A stretch of 64,000 bases of DNA. Source: Hyphochytrium catenoides. Taxonomy: Eukaryota; Protista; Hyphochytriomycota. Of the stretch, positions 11,110-24,372 are shown piece after piece (positions within the stretch are counted from its first letter, which is position 1; each line of letters begins with the position of its first letter). The position numbers were made by a program, and so were the translations under genes. Below the pieces are notes generated by a model. That model was not told where the DNA came from, made no database searches, and saw only the letters and a program-made list of their open reading frames with translations. The stretch lies in NCBI GenBank assembly GCA_900088475.1, contig FLMG01000658.1:6293-70292 (forward strand). The letters are read 5' to 3'.

Positions 11110-14100
11110 ATGGGCGTTCGAGGGCTGCAAAAGTTTCTCCTACGACAGACGAAAGCTCTTCACAGGAAGAAACATGGACAACAGGTACCGTTCTTCGACA
11201 CATTCTCCTTAACGTTGGCCTTGCCATCCCCGCGATTGACCTTTCATGCCGTCTCTTGCCAGGACAATGGCTTAAGTTCGCCAACCACTAGAGAGGATGA
11301 GTACAGCAAAGGAGGAGAAGACGTCGGCCACAACGGGAAAGAAGGAGAAGGACCTCAACCACGCCGTGCGACAGGTAAACCGTCCATTTGCAAGAATGTG
11401 ATTGTGGAGGAGCAATGCTCTAACAATGGAGTTCTTCAGCAAATCCTCCGTTAGATGCTGGAGCGGTTAACTATCGATGCGGGGAGCCCAAATTCATACC
11501 GAGAAACTCCAGGCTGTATGTTGACGCCTTGGGGTTCCTCTACCATCTGTTCGGCAAACAAGAGGAGGAGGAGTCGCGGAGGAGACGCGAGACTCTAATT
11601 GCTGATCCTCCATCATCCCAAAAAGGCTTGGGAGAAGATGCCTCCTTCTTTGGATATTCAACTCGCCGAGAGTACGGTGGCTCTTACAGAGCATTCGATA
11701 GCTTTGCGCGCCGAGAGATCCGGCGTTTACAATCGCTTGGGGTCTTCGAGAGCATTCTCTTCTACTTTGACGGGATGATGCTCCAGGCAAAGCATGCAAC
11801 GCACGAGGAGCGCGCTCTGCAGAAAGAGCAGAGGTGGAGCAACCTCTATCGATATTTCTGCGGCCGAACTTCTGCCCCACCTGCTCAGGAAGATATTCCA
11901 ATGCCTCCTTTGATCTATGAACAGTTTCTCCGAACGCTAGAAGCAATCACGCATGAGGAAATCGACCTTGAAGACCAACTGTCTCGACTCTCCATCAGCC
12001 ACGCCACGGGCGGCGAAGAAGGTGAAGGAAAACTGTCCCCATCTTCTCCCCGTTCTTCCACGAAAATCTGTATCGTACACTGTACTGTTGAGGCTGATGT
12101 TGAGATCGCTCGAGATGTAGAGAACTGGAATAAACAATCCTTCCCTTCTTCATCTGAACCATCATCCCGTTGTGGCCAAGCTTACTGCTACGGAGAGGAC
12201 AGTGACTACCTGCTGATGAGAGGCTGTCCGTACATAAGATTTGGTCACATTTCAGGGCATCATCAGCCACCACCCTCCTCGGGCAACCATTCAACCAACG
12301 CAACGTCTGATAACAGTAATCAGCCTGATGGAGTTGTGGCACGAGAGGTATGGAGAAGAGAGGAGGTGGCAGCGATGCTTAGTTTGACGGAGTCGCAACT
12401 GGTCGAGTGGGGCATCCTTCTTGGCAACGACTACACGAAGGAATATTCACGGTCTGAGTTCAAAGTCCGAAAGAGTCTGCCGCAAGGGTTAGCTCATCGT
12501 AACTCAAATGTCGAATCAGAGGGGGCTGGAGATGTAGCCATCCAGCTGAACAATGACTCAAGTTATACAATTCAGGAGATGCTTTCCATAGTTCGGGAGG
12601 GCGGCGACTCGTTCCAACTGACATCAGACAACCCTGAAGTGCAAGCTGCAATAGCTCTCTCCAGAGCCATCTACGAGCACCAAGACAGCCAGTGGTCCTT
12701 GATTATGCAAGAGCTCAAAAAGGCTCAGCATCTAAACCATGACGAGAAGGACCTCCCGTCGCCCTTACCGGGGCAGAATCACGTATCTACCGTAGCCAAG
12801 AGCCAAGATAATGGCGAAGAGGAAGAAGAAATCTCCTCATCCATGTTCGCTCTGACGTCCAACCAACGACAGTGTCTCGAGTCCTGGGCAAAAGATGTCG
12901 CTTGGAAACAGATAGCCATGACCCAAGGCGTCGCCTGGGCGGTGCTCCATCAACTGGCGAAAGCGTCAAACTCAACTGATGAAGCGAAGAGCTCGACAGC
13001 GTTTTCGTCAGTCTTTACACCCACTCATCTCGTAGCGATCGAAACGATGCTTGAGACGATACAAAGCTCACTCGTTCTTGACCCCGGGGAGAAGCTTTGC
13101 CGCTACGATTGTGAGAGCAATGACGGAGATTCTCTCCTTCAGGACCTATTGAGCGTGACCCAGCATGCCCCTGATAAGCTTGTACGACCTACCTGGGCGG
13201 ACTTCCAGGCAGCTCATACCTATCAGCTGATGCTGAGACATTTCTTCTCTTCCGCATCGACGAAGAGTCCCAGGACCAGACAAATATCCCATCCATCTGC
13301 TCCATTCAGAGATTTTTTGGGGCATCCGCAGCAGTTCTATGAAGGAGAAGTTTTCCACAAGCTCATGGCGGGGCTACACGTGAACGAAGACGACGATAAA
13401 GCCTGCGAACAGCCAATGCCAGCTTCAGAGGAGGAAAAGCTTGTGCCAGGAGAAGCCGAGTCGCTCCCTATCGACTCCCATCGGGAAGAGATTCTACGTA
13501 AGATCCGGAGTGACCGAGTGACAATTATCCATGGCGAAACAGGATGCGGAAAGTCCAGTCGGCTTCCAGTGATGCTACTCCAAGATGCTAATGAACGCGG
13601 GGAGCGCTGCAAGATTTATATTTCACAGCCTCGACGAATAGCTGTCACAGGTCTCACCCGAAGACTACGGCCACAGCTTGGCAAACGGGTGGGCATGTTA
13701 ATGGGCCACGGGATCCGAGATGTCTTTCCTGAGACAAAAGTAATCTTCGCAACGACCGGTTACCTGGTCCGCTTGATCGCCGGCAACATCGGCGCACTGC
13801 GATCAGCCACGCATCTAATCGTTGACGAGGTCCACGAGCGTTCAATTGATAGCGATGTAATCTGCCTACTATGCAAGCGCATACTCCAAGACCTGCCACA
13901 TATCAAGATTGTACTAATGAGCGCCACGATTCACACCGAACTCTACAGAGAGTACTTCTTGGGCAGGAATCGTGGAGCTCGGTCTACCTCTCTTAAAGTG
14001 GCAGACGCCAACAGTGAAGGTGACGGCTACCCTGATATTATGGTTGACCACTCCGAGGACTCATTAGAGGATGATCAAGACGAGTACCCAGGCAGTGAAG

Positions 14101-17100
14101 CCTATGGCGACATGAAGTGTTTATCAGTCGGAGTGAAGCGCTTTCCGCTCAACATTCTGGTAAGAGTCTTGTCCTCCTAGGTCCCCTGCTTTTGCTGTTC
14201 CTGCTAGCTCTTGCTTACTTACTTTTACTGATAGTACGCCAGAGACATTGCGAGCAAGATCTTCCATGAGAATGTGGTGGTGAAGCAGCTCTGCACCAGC
14301 ATTGAAACACAGACAGCAAAAGCTTCCATGACGGCCATTCCGAGTGACGCCATCGCGAAGCATCAGCTTCGAGTTGCGGAAGAGCTGATTAGGAGTCACA
14401 TTGCCATTGGCAGTGGAGTCCTGGTGTTCCTCCCAGGTCTCACTTCTATTACGGAGCTCTGGGACCTCTTAGAAGCCGACTCACGATTTAGCTTATCCGT
14501 CGTCCACTCAGACGTACCATTCGAAGAACAAGTAGACATATTTTCGGCCGTCCCAGAGGGAAAGATCAAGGTTGTTCTGGCAACAAATGCTGCAGAGAGC
14601 TCCATCACAATCCCAGATGTTGACTATGTCATATGTCTTGGCAGGGGTCGAGCGATGTGCTATAACAAAGCCTCGCACCAGAGCGTCCTAACAGACATCT
14701 GGATCTCAAAAGCATCCGCGACGCAGAGGGCGGGCCGCACAGGACGAGTGCGGCCCGGGACGGTTTTCCGCCTTTATAGTGAGAGCTTGGAAAAAAAATT
14801 TCAAGAGCATGACACTCCCGAAGTGCTTCGGACGACTCTCGAAGATGTCATTCTTCAACTGTTGACCATGTTGGAGCACGCCGACGGCTTCGGAGGTGTC
14901 TTTCCCATATTAACCCAGCTCATCCAGCCTCCAGATCTCAGCAACGTGAGCAGAAGTTTGGAGCGCCTCACGAAACTCGATCTCATAGATGAGTCGGAGA
15001 ATCTTACCTCCAGTGGGAGGTTTGCGGGGCAGATGCCTGTATCCCTGGAGCTCTCTCGCTTACTCCTCTTCGGTATTGTCCTTGGCATCCCGACGGAGGC
15101 TGTCGTCCTTGCCGCTGTACTATCCGTTGGCAAAACACCGTTCCGCATAGCCGTCCCTATGATCCACACTGATGTCAAGGAGTATAACGACATTATTCGG
15201 CAGTCGATGACTTTCGCGGACAAGGTGGACAATGGATGCAAATCAGAACCTATTCTGTGGCTGAAACTGGTTTCAAAGTGGCTTGGCATGCCAAACGAGA
15301 GAGCTGCTACCGCCTGGGCAGTCCGTAATGGTATTGCAGCAAAACGGCTGAAGCAGATGTCACTCGTAGCAAAGAGTTTGCGCCTCTCTGTAAGCCGCTT
15401 CCTCACCCACAAGCCCGACGTATGGAATTGGAGAGGCTCAAGGCAACAAAAGGATGACGGAAAAGCGTATGAGACTTCCGACGATGGCTACCTAAGAGAC
15501 TTCCAGTCACTCAACAGTTTGGACGGCAAGACTTTGAACCGTCTTCGACTGATACTCACGTGGACATTCGCTGACAATCTTCTCTGTTCCAAGACCACAA
15601 ACGAGATGGCAAAGTTCAGCAAGCCCTTGCAGCGGACCGCTGAGGAGAAGAAAGGACAGGAATGGACAGGATCTGCATGTCAGTTGAACCTCACTAATGC
15701 GGCCGTGTCTCTAGAGCATCTGGCAACTCTCCTTCCTGAGAGCCACCCAGGCGACTACGGGAGCTATAATGGCTGGAAACTGGAGAGAAATGTACACCGC
15801 CTGCATACTGCCTATCTGTTCAAAACCAATCTGGACCACATTTTAGCTGATCTTTGGTCAGTATGCAGTGAGTTAGGAATAGTAATGTTCTGGGTCATGA
15901 TGGACGTACAGGATGTATCTGTGGGCGAGAAGGAGGATCACAAGGGAGAGAGCAAAAAGAAGAAGGCAAAGAACAAGGAGCTCAAAGGAGCCGCCCGCAG
16001 GACTGAACTACGACTTGTCATCTCAAGAGAAGTTGCAATGGAGACCCTGCTCGGTTCTTCAGAAAGTTTGGAGGCACGCAAACGTGAAGGTTTGGAAAGA
16101 GGAGGGGGAAGTGAGCCCAAAGTAGATCAAGATACTTCCCTCATCCGTGCAGTCTTCGCAACCTTAGCAGCGAAATTGAAATTGAGTGAGACCGTCCCGC
16201 GGCTGCTCCCCACCAAGCAAGGCTATGAGCCATTCAAACCTAAGTCCTTCACTACAAACTCAACCCAATACATAGTCTTCTCAGGTACCGGCTCAATCAT
16301 GCTGAGCAAACATGTGCAGCTTTTGAAGGCTCTGAGTTCAAAGTTGCCCTCCTCGATCGCCCTCAAGATACCTACGAACGGGAAAGCGCAGTTGATCTGC
16401 ACAAATGCTCATGGGATCACAGAGGACATGCTCCGGAGAATATTTTTCTTTCAAGGGGTAGAGAAACGACAGAAGGGAGAAGCTAACTCGGCCCAGAGCC
16501 TCCTGCAAAGTCTAGGAACTAGCGACGATCTCTACGACGACACAGCATTGTTTTTGGGGAAGGACACTATGATCGACTCTGTTACTATGTCAAAGTCCAG
16601 CGTGTTAGCTATCGCTTACAGAGCTCCCAAAAGGGTTGGCGTTGGGGTTGATGGAACATATCCTCTTGTACACGATGCCCCTCTCAGTTGTCGGCTGATC
16701 TGGTCTTGCATGACTAGGAACCTTAGGCGAGAATGTCGGAAATTGAGACTGCCAGCTCTAGAGAAAGAAGCCTATGATGACACACTCAAGTCTCCAGCAA
16801 GGAAAGAGTGCGGAAGAGCTGCTGAAGCGAAGCGGAGTTGTTCTGATATGGAAGTAAAGGTTGAGAGCGCCTCAACACGCTCGACGCCAGATATATCGAC
16901 GGGGGTTGCTCCGGCTTCCCTGACATGGCGGCATCTGGGAGGAATCACATCCTGTGATCCACCAGTTCTCAAAGCCTGTAGCATCTCCCGCAACTCTTTC
17001 TGTAGTGTATCAGTCCACCTAGGCAGGGGGCCAGTCTTTGCAGTGGGCACGTCCTCCTTGATTTTTCAGGGAGGAGGACTCATGTTTGGTGAAGGCATTA

Positions 17101-19547
17101 CGCTTCTTCCCCCAGGTTGTCGGTGGCTATCACTGGCGCTGCTGTGCCTGGGTACACAGGAGCTACATCACACGCTCCTGATACCAGGGTGCGCTGGAGT
17201 GAAGCAGGTAGATGACGCGGAAGAATCGTTCCGTGATGGGGTGTTTGACTCTCCTCTCAATGAAGATGACCTCAGCCTCTGCAACCAAGTGAAAGAGATT
17301 CTCTTACATGCGTTCCCCTCGACGACAGAGGCACGCACTTTCACACGGAATGCAGCTCTGATCGATAGAATCGAGAAGCTCTTCGAGACATGGGAAGATT
17401 CCTATGGTTACGGACAGACCGCCGCAGTACCTGATCAGGAAAATGATGGAGAAGAAGAAATGCATGAGGAACGGCCCCTAGCGGCAGAGGAGAGTCAACC
17501 GTTGCAGTCCCAGAGAAATAATAACAGAGCAACCGCTACCGCACAAGTGACCACAGACGCTTGTCCAGTCGCTGCTCCCTTTCCTCACAGAGGGAACGAT
17601 AACGTTATTGAGCATGTACTGCCCACTGGTGACGGCTTGAAGCGTTGCCCGCTCTGTTCAGAGAGCTGTTCGAACATCTCACTACTTCTAAAGCACATGG
17701 AGGACAAATCCACTCATGGTCTGGGGAAGGGCCAAATTGCAATAGCTCTGTATGGATCATTGACCAAATGCTCATTCTGTCCGTCCACAAAGCAGAAAGT
17801 GTACCTCCAGCCTTTGCAGCTACTGAATCATCTGACTAGTGCAGTCCACGCAATACCCCTGGCCGAAGCAAAAGAGAGTGTCGCTAATATCCTTTCCTTG
17901 AAGTCTGGCACCGCTGCAGAACGGCCGGTGCAAGCTATATATCATTCCAATGCCGGAGAAGGGACGCAGAAGACTGTTGCTGTCAGCGAAACCAAAGCTC
18001 TGGTAGCACCTGTGACGAGAATGGCGGGTCCAGCTGTTGCACTTGCTCTAAGACAACAGCAGCCCTCAGCAACTGCTCGCCCTCATAGCGTGGGGAGGGA
18101 TAACGTTAATGAGCCTGTACTGCCCACTGCTGGAGTCCTGAAGCGGTGTCCACTCTGTTCACTGAGTTTTTCGACCATCTCACCCCTCGTAAAGCACATG
18201 AAGGACAAATCCATTCATGGTCTGAAGAAGAGACAGGTTGCAATAGCTCTATATGGCTCACTGACCAAATGCCCAATCTGCCCCTCCACGAAGACGAAAG
18301 TGTACCTCAAACCGTTGCTGCTCCTGAATCATCTGACCAGTGCAAAGAACCATGGGATGCCCCTATGTGAAGCAGAAGGTATCGTCGCTAAGGTTCTTTC
18401 GTGTGCAACGGCTGCAGAACTGCCAGCGCAGCCTACACAGCTGCAAGCAGGTGAAGGCATACAGCGTATTCCTGCGCTCAGCAAAAAGGAAGCACAACAA
18501 CTAACCACACCAATTACAGCGAACGCGACTCCTACTCCTCAGTACGATCAGTCTCCAGCGCCTGTGGTCTCTGAAGGAGGGCGGGATCAGGTTATTGAAC
18601 CTGTACTGCCCACTGCTGAAGGACAGAAGCGGTGCCCCCTCTGCTCAGAGAGCTATTCCACCATCTCGCTACTTCTAAGGCACATGAAGGACAAATCCAC
18701 TCATGGTCTGAAGAAGGGTCAGATTGCGATAGCTCTGTATGGATCCTTGACCAGATGCCCAGTCTGCCCGTCAACGAAGACGAAAGTGTACCTCCAGCCT
18801 TTGCGGCTCTTGAGTCATCTGACCAGTGCAAAACACGGAACGACCGCCAGCGAAGCCGAAGGTATCGTTGCTAAGGTTCTCTCCATGGATTCCGCGCAAA
18901 CGGCAAAGGCCCCATCATATATTCAGCCAGCAGGTGGAGAAGAAGAGACCCATGGAGCGGCAAATGGAGATCGGCCAGCTCCCTCCCACGTGAAAGACCC
19001 GGCACCTATAAACGAGGAATTTTCTAACATTAAAATGCTGTTGGAGCACACGATAGATACTCATCGCATCGAACCCCAGACCGCCGCTATACTTCTATTT
19101 GGAGCATTGACTCGATGCCCTGTTTGTCCTTTGGCGAAGCAGGAGATATATCCGTCCCCTGAGAATCTCTTCGCTCATCTCCAAAGCTCAGCCCACGACC
19201 TGGCACGTGAAGAAGCCAAAGTAATGGCCCTGAAGGTCTTTTCCCTCTTACATTTGCGGACGGAGACTAAGTCACATGACTTAACTCTCTCTGCATCATC
19301 ACTACCGCGGACGATACCTGCAACTACTCTGGCCTGTCCCTTCTGTCCATGGAAGACAGCCCGAAGAGACAGCCCAGCAACCAAAGTGCTGGGCACCATA
19401 AGCTGTCCCCGTTGCAGCAGCAAGGCGAAGAAGAAACTATACCGGGCACCCTACAGCCTCTCTTCGCACCTGCAGAGTGGGGTTCACAAGCTGCCAATGG
19501 ACGAAGCGGATCGTATTGCGCAGGAAATGTTCTCTCCGTATCAATAG
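11110..19547 (+). CDS. Giant fusion of a FEN1/XPG-family (Asteroid-like PIN) 5' nuclease, a DEAH/RHA RNA helicase (Spindle-E/TDRD9/DHX36-like, with HA2 region) and repeated paired C2H2-like zinc fingers; exons 11110-11374, 11440-14159, 14235-19547; about 2765 aa
   Basis: Nuclease motifs: MGVRGL, LYVDALG, FYFDG, VEADVEIA, GEDSDYLL, LLGNDY. Helicase motifs: GETGCGKS, SQPRRIA, DEVH, MSAT, VLVFLPG, ATNAAESSITIPDV, QRAGRTGR. Both introns are GT-AG (65 and 75 nt) and keep the frame (ACA G|CA; NIL|YARD). Confidence 0.88.
17597..18890 (+). repeat. Three near-identical intragenic ~290-bp modules (spacing about 490-500 bp), each encoding two C2H2-like fingers; degenerate 4th and 5th copies extend to about 19530
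   Basis: Repeated VLPT..G.KRCPLCS..S.IS.L.KHM.DKS.HGL.K.Q.AIALYGSLT.C..CPSTK.KVYL.PL.LL.HLTSA.H starting near 17597, 18099 and 18585, with DNA-level similarity visible. Confidence 0.9.
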
Positions 19548-21514
19548 TCACCTTCCTGGCTCTAGAATGACCATCAACTCGCTGCTGGTGCGGCAGGAGT
19601 GTCCGAGGCCAATGGCGTGAGAGATAAGAAAAGTCTAGGAGATGTCCACTCCTTCCAGCCGTGTGACTCTGCACTTCGCTGATTGCGGTTGCACAGAGTA
19701 GGAAGAAGAGTTACTAGAAAAGAGTATATCTTACACTTATTAAGCAGCTCTAGGGGGTAGATTGAGGTGTGACAAGTGAGACGCCGAGCCGGTAGCTGGC
19801 CGCACATGTCGCGCCGGCCGCGCGCTCTTGTCAGTTGCCATTTTTCTTATCCCCTATAATTAGGGCTAATGCCCTATACTGTTTGATGAGATAAGCTAAC
19901 AAGCCGCTATCACTCAATGAAGATCATGCAACTCAAACATTCTCATTTCTTCGGTAATACTCACATCCAACTCTCACTCTGATGGGCGTGTGACGTTTGC
20001 TTCCTGAAAGAGGGACAGTCTATCGGGCCTTGACTCTTGCTCGCCTTGACTGGAGAGAGGTTCGGACGGCTAATTGTCAAGGAGATATCAGACTGTAGAC
20101 GAAGAGAAAGCACCGGTTCTCTGAAAACCCTGACGACCCGAGCGGCCTGGCTATAAGAGCAAGAGCGTACTTCTCAGGCTCAAACGCTCAGTGCGACGTA
20201 GGGCTGATGATGAGATGACCATTGATAGACGCTCAGACGAGTTACCCGAGAAAGATTTTTGGAAGATGGAGCGGGTATTATCTGCCCTGTGACTCTTAAA
20301 GTCCGCTGTCGATTCGATAGCTGGCTCTGAAGGCTTGGCAGGCAAGGTTATTCAGCGCCTCATGCGACTCCTAAGGCAGGAGAACCCGTTCCATGATTTT
20401 CCTTTTCTGTCTAGGTGACACGCCCAGTGGGCCTATGAATTGCAGCTCCGCTCCTGCGAGCGTCTTTTGCACTTGATGATCGTAGGGACCTCAAAGCAGC
20501 AGCAGCCATTCTTCTGAGCCGAGGTTGAGCTTCCCCAATACTTCTAACAGCTTCTAACTAAAGCTCTTTACCAAGTCCAAACCTTACTTCTCCCTAGGTA
20601 AGGCTTCGTCCTCTAATCTTCCCACCGCCGCCTGGCACCACCCAGTACTAGCTTCTCTCATTCTGTCCAAAGAAGTAGAGAGGACAGCTCCGTGTCCCTC
20701 ATGCTAAGCGGCTCACAGCACGAACTCCAACCCTCTTCTTCCCCATCCTTGCGTCCACCGCATGTATTAGCGTTAGACCTTCCGCTTCCAAGCGCCGCTA
20801 GGAGAACAGACTGTCAGGAGCAAAAACCGATCGAACTCCTCGAGGCCGCGCCGCTGCTTCATCTTCCCTGCCCTGCTGCCGGTCATCGATCGATCGATGG
20901 GCCTCCTGATGATTGATCGAGAGTCCACAGCTCGTTTATCTGTTTTGGCGTCTCCAAACCAAAGGCCATGTATTACTAATCCCTCTTCAAAAATAGAGAC
21001 ACCTTTTCTAGCTTCAACGGTGGCGTATTATTATGATGGCAAGCGTCACGGCCGGTCTCGATGCCCTCAAAGAAAGTTTTCTCTATCTGGCTCGTCATGG
21101 ACCTGGGGCCTCCTCGGCCCGGGGGCGCTGCTGCAGCCTACTCTCCTCCTCCCACCTCCCACGCGGCGGCGCTGTCTCCTCTCCCTCATTGCCATCTTCC
21201 CTCTTCTAGCAGCATCGCTTTCCATCCTCCTTTTGCTCGTGGCGGGGACTGACCGGAGATTGAGATCTACAGGTGCATGGATGGAAAGGAGGGAGGGCTT
21301 CTCTGGTCAGACGCTGTGAGACCGCGATCTACTCCGTGAGCTGAAGCGTCCAGGAGGAAAGAAAGGCTAAGAGGAAGAACGAGACCCCATTGGGTGCTTG
21401 CATTGAGCATTGACCAAGAAAGCACTTTGCCTTGCCATAGTGGAAGCACCAGGCTGCCTCCGACCGCCTCCAGGATGCCAAAGGCTTCTTGAGACTAGCG
21501 TTTCCCCGCTGAGC

Positions 21515-23072
21515 ATGGGAAATAGCTATTGCAAATCCTGGTGCTACGAAAGGACTGTGCGGAACAAAAAGCTGAAAGAGCCCCTGATGGCGCCCAACAA
21601 AAAGTCAAAGTCTGGCCATCTCAAGTCCAGCAACAAGGAAGACAGACTAGGACTAGCAAAACCTCTGACGGTAGAGGAGAAAGCCGAGGAGCCGACTACT
21701 TCGGCCGAAAGCAAGCTCCGGGACGCTTGTGAGGAGAAGAACGTTGACTATTCGGCTCTCATCCCTCTCATCCTCAAGGTCCAAGTCAAGTCAAAAGATC
21801 TGACAAGCTTTCTGCGGATCCTGGCGAAGTATGAGGCCGCTACGAAAGCCTATACTTTCTTCTTCAAGCACCAGTACAGCGAGGAAGACTTAGCCGAGCT
21901 GGTAGAGCTCAACGCTTATGCTGGCAACATCTTAGAAGCGGGGAGTCTCGCTACGCACGTTGCCTACGGTAAGGCTCCTTTGCAGAAGAGACTAAGCGGT
22001 ATGCAGCAGTCTGAGGCGCTGTTCAAGCGAAGTCCCGACACGAGGTAAGATTATTGGCCTTGGCCAGATGTGGCACCTTCTGAAAAGCCATCTTCTTTCC
22101 CGTCTTGTCCTCGTTCCTCCTGCCAGTTTCCAGGCGGCGGCCTGTAATGATCAGATCTCCCTTCTAAGGGAGCAGAAGCTGTTAGAGGATCAGCTAGAGG
22201 TGCCAGGAAAGTTCATCGACTGCTCCCTTGTAGAAACCCTCGCCAACCTCATTCGCTACCAAGCTGCTGACAGTCGGTCACTAATAACCGCGAAAGCTCT
22301 CTGCCAAAAGTGCAACGTCAGTGAGCGGAGATTCTGGCTGATACTGGTGAACACGATGGCAGAGAGTGGCCAATGGTTGGAGTTGAAGGACATCCTGACA
22401 CATTCTCGGGTCCCGATTCCTACTTCTGTTGTCGTCAGAATCTGCATGCGATATGAGAAGTGGAAGCTGGCCAAGGAACTGTCAAAGAAGCTCCCAACTA
22501 GGGGATTCGTCGACGAAGATAGGGTAAGATTTTTTGCGGCGCTGGCCACTTCTGTGCGCCCGTCAAGAATCTAACTTGCCCTACGGCGGGGATTGTAGGT
22601 AAAGAAGATGATGCAAGAAGTGCTCCACAAACTTGAGACGATAGACGTGGAGAAGACGCCTGCGAAGAAGGAAGGAGAGGCATCGCCCAAGTCAGGCAAA
22701 AAGCGCGGAGGAGGAAAGAAGGATGCCTTACGAGAGGCTCAAGAGCCTCCGAGCCCTCCTAGCACCAAGAAGTCTTCCCATAAGGCGAGGGAAAAGGATC
22801 TCCCAAGCGAACCAGAGGAAATTGCTGGAAAGTCAGGAGAAGAAAGGGAAGGGCGAGAAGCATTGAGAAAGAAATCGTCTCGAAAGAAGAAGACACGGAA
22901 GGAAACTCAAGAAGATAATGAAGAGACTGAAGTTTCCCCTCGAAGCAACGGTGAGAGAGAGAGAGACAGCAGCTGTTCACCGGGTAAGGTAGGTGACAAG
23001 GCCGAAGTAGCTCCGACAAAGAGCAAACGTGGCAAGAAGGCCTCTAGGAAGTCGAAAAAGCAGGAGACCTAA
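21515..23072 (+). CDS. Vps16 C-terminal-domain protein (VIPAS39/SPE-39-like) with a Lys/Glu-rich tail; exons 21515-22044, 22127-22523, 22599-23072
   Basis: QISLLREQKLLE...FIDCSLVETLANLI...NVSERRFWLILVNTMAESGQWLEL...PIPTSVVVRIC matches the Vps16_C pattern. Two frame-preserving GT-AG introns. The start is taken as ATG 21515 (MGNSYC). Confidence 0.7.
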
Positions 23073-23281
23073 GACTACTAAGACAGCAACGGGCAAGCAT
23101 CCTCATAGTGGTACACGCGCTGATTCGCTGACATTTAATGATACTCTTAGCAGTGTAAACGTCCACATACTTCCCTATCTCCACATAGAGAGAAAGAATC
23201 TAGGATAAACTTCTCTTTGCCTTGTCTGTGACAACTCCTGCTCACACGCCTTCCATCCAAGATAGGGAGGAGTACGTGCAT

Positions 23282-24372
23282 TTAGCGCACAGGGTTGGCA
23301 TAGTGCCACACGACCTGTAGATGTCTTCCAGACAGTACTTTTTTGAGAGAAAGGACAGACACACATAGAAGATAGCGGCTATTCACATTTGAAGGGAACA
23401 CTAATAGTGCTCAGAGTGACACTCCATGCATAAGAATAACGTGTCACTCTTCTGGCCAAACTCACAAGCGCTCGAGATCTTCTTGGTTGACAGCCATAGT
23501 GCCAACAGGTAAGCCTTGAACTCTTGAAGTACGCCACTGAAGAAACCTGTCACATCCTTGAACACACTGGGTAACTTGTACTTCGCCTGAGAGTTGTACA
23601 GCGAGTAGAGGAAGCCAAGGAAGTCCGACGTCGTGGCGTCTCTGATGTCTGGATCACTAAGAAAGAGGATGAAGCGCTCGAAGAACACTTCTACCAGGTG
23701 CACAGGGACGGCAAGTTTGCTGCAGACAATCTGGCGAAAGTATGCAAAATAGCCCGGGATCTTCTCTAGCAGCGCATAGAGCTGGCTGAAAGTCAGCTCA
23801 TACTGATAATGCGTGCGCAGCTCGCCGAAGTAGTCCAGAGAGCGCCTTAAGAAGGACGATGTCGTTGCGTGAACATCGAAAAGACCTAATGTACTAGTGG
23901 AATAATGCCCCGCCGTTGACGCTGCATACTGCGGGAGCATTGGAGAAGGGGTAGGCAAAAAGCACTCGGTGTCCTCGAACTGCTGCCCGTCCAGTCCAAA
24001 ATCGCTCTCATGCACTCGGGAGGCTACGGGCAGTGTGAAGTCCACACCATCAGCTTGTAGGTCAGGGACTGCATCTTCGTCATGTTGAATCAGATTCGCA
24101 AAGACATATTCGCCACGGTAGCAGGGAACATCGCCAACGACCTCAGAGACGCTGGCGTACTGCTGTGTGCAGACAGAGTTCAGAGGTGTCTGGCAGTGAC
24201 CCAGCACCTCTGGGCGTTCCTGAAAGGTTGAGTCTCTGTCTTCATAGCTAAAGATTGTGCCAGCGGAGGAAGAGGTGTCCTCTGACGATGACTTCTTTTT
24301 CTGCGAAGAAAGGGGCGGGCTGAAGCTGATAGATGTTTTAGATATCGTCCTCTTAAGTTTGTGCGCTGACAT
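23282..24372 (-). CDS. Hypothetical protein (disordered Ser-rich N-terminus, helical C-terminus), probably with one 3' intron
   Basis: 323-aa ORF from ATG 24372. A GTGAGT...TAG intron near 23464-23401 would extend it to ...VWHYANPVR* at 23282. No family recognised. Confidence 0.55.

Noticed and set aside
17645-18874. Repeated alternative-frame and antisense ORFs (MPALFRE..., MSTLFTE..., MPPLLRE...)
   Set aside because: Shadows of the zinc-finger repeat in the main reading frame.
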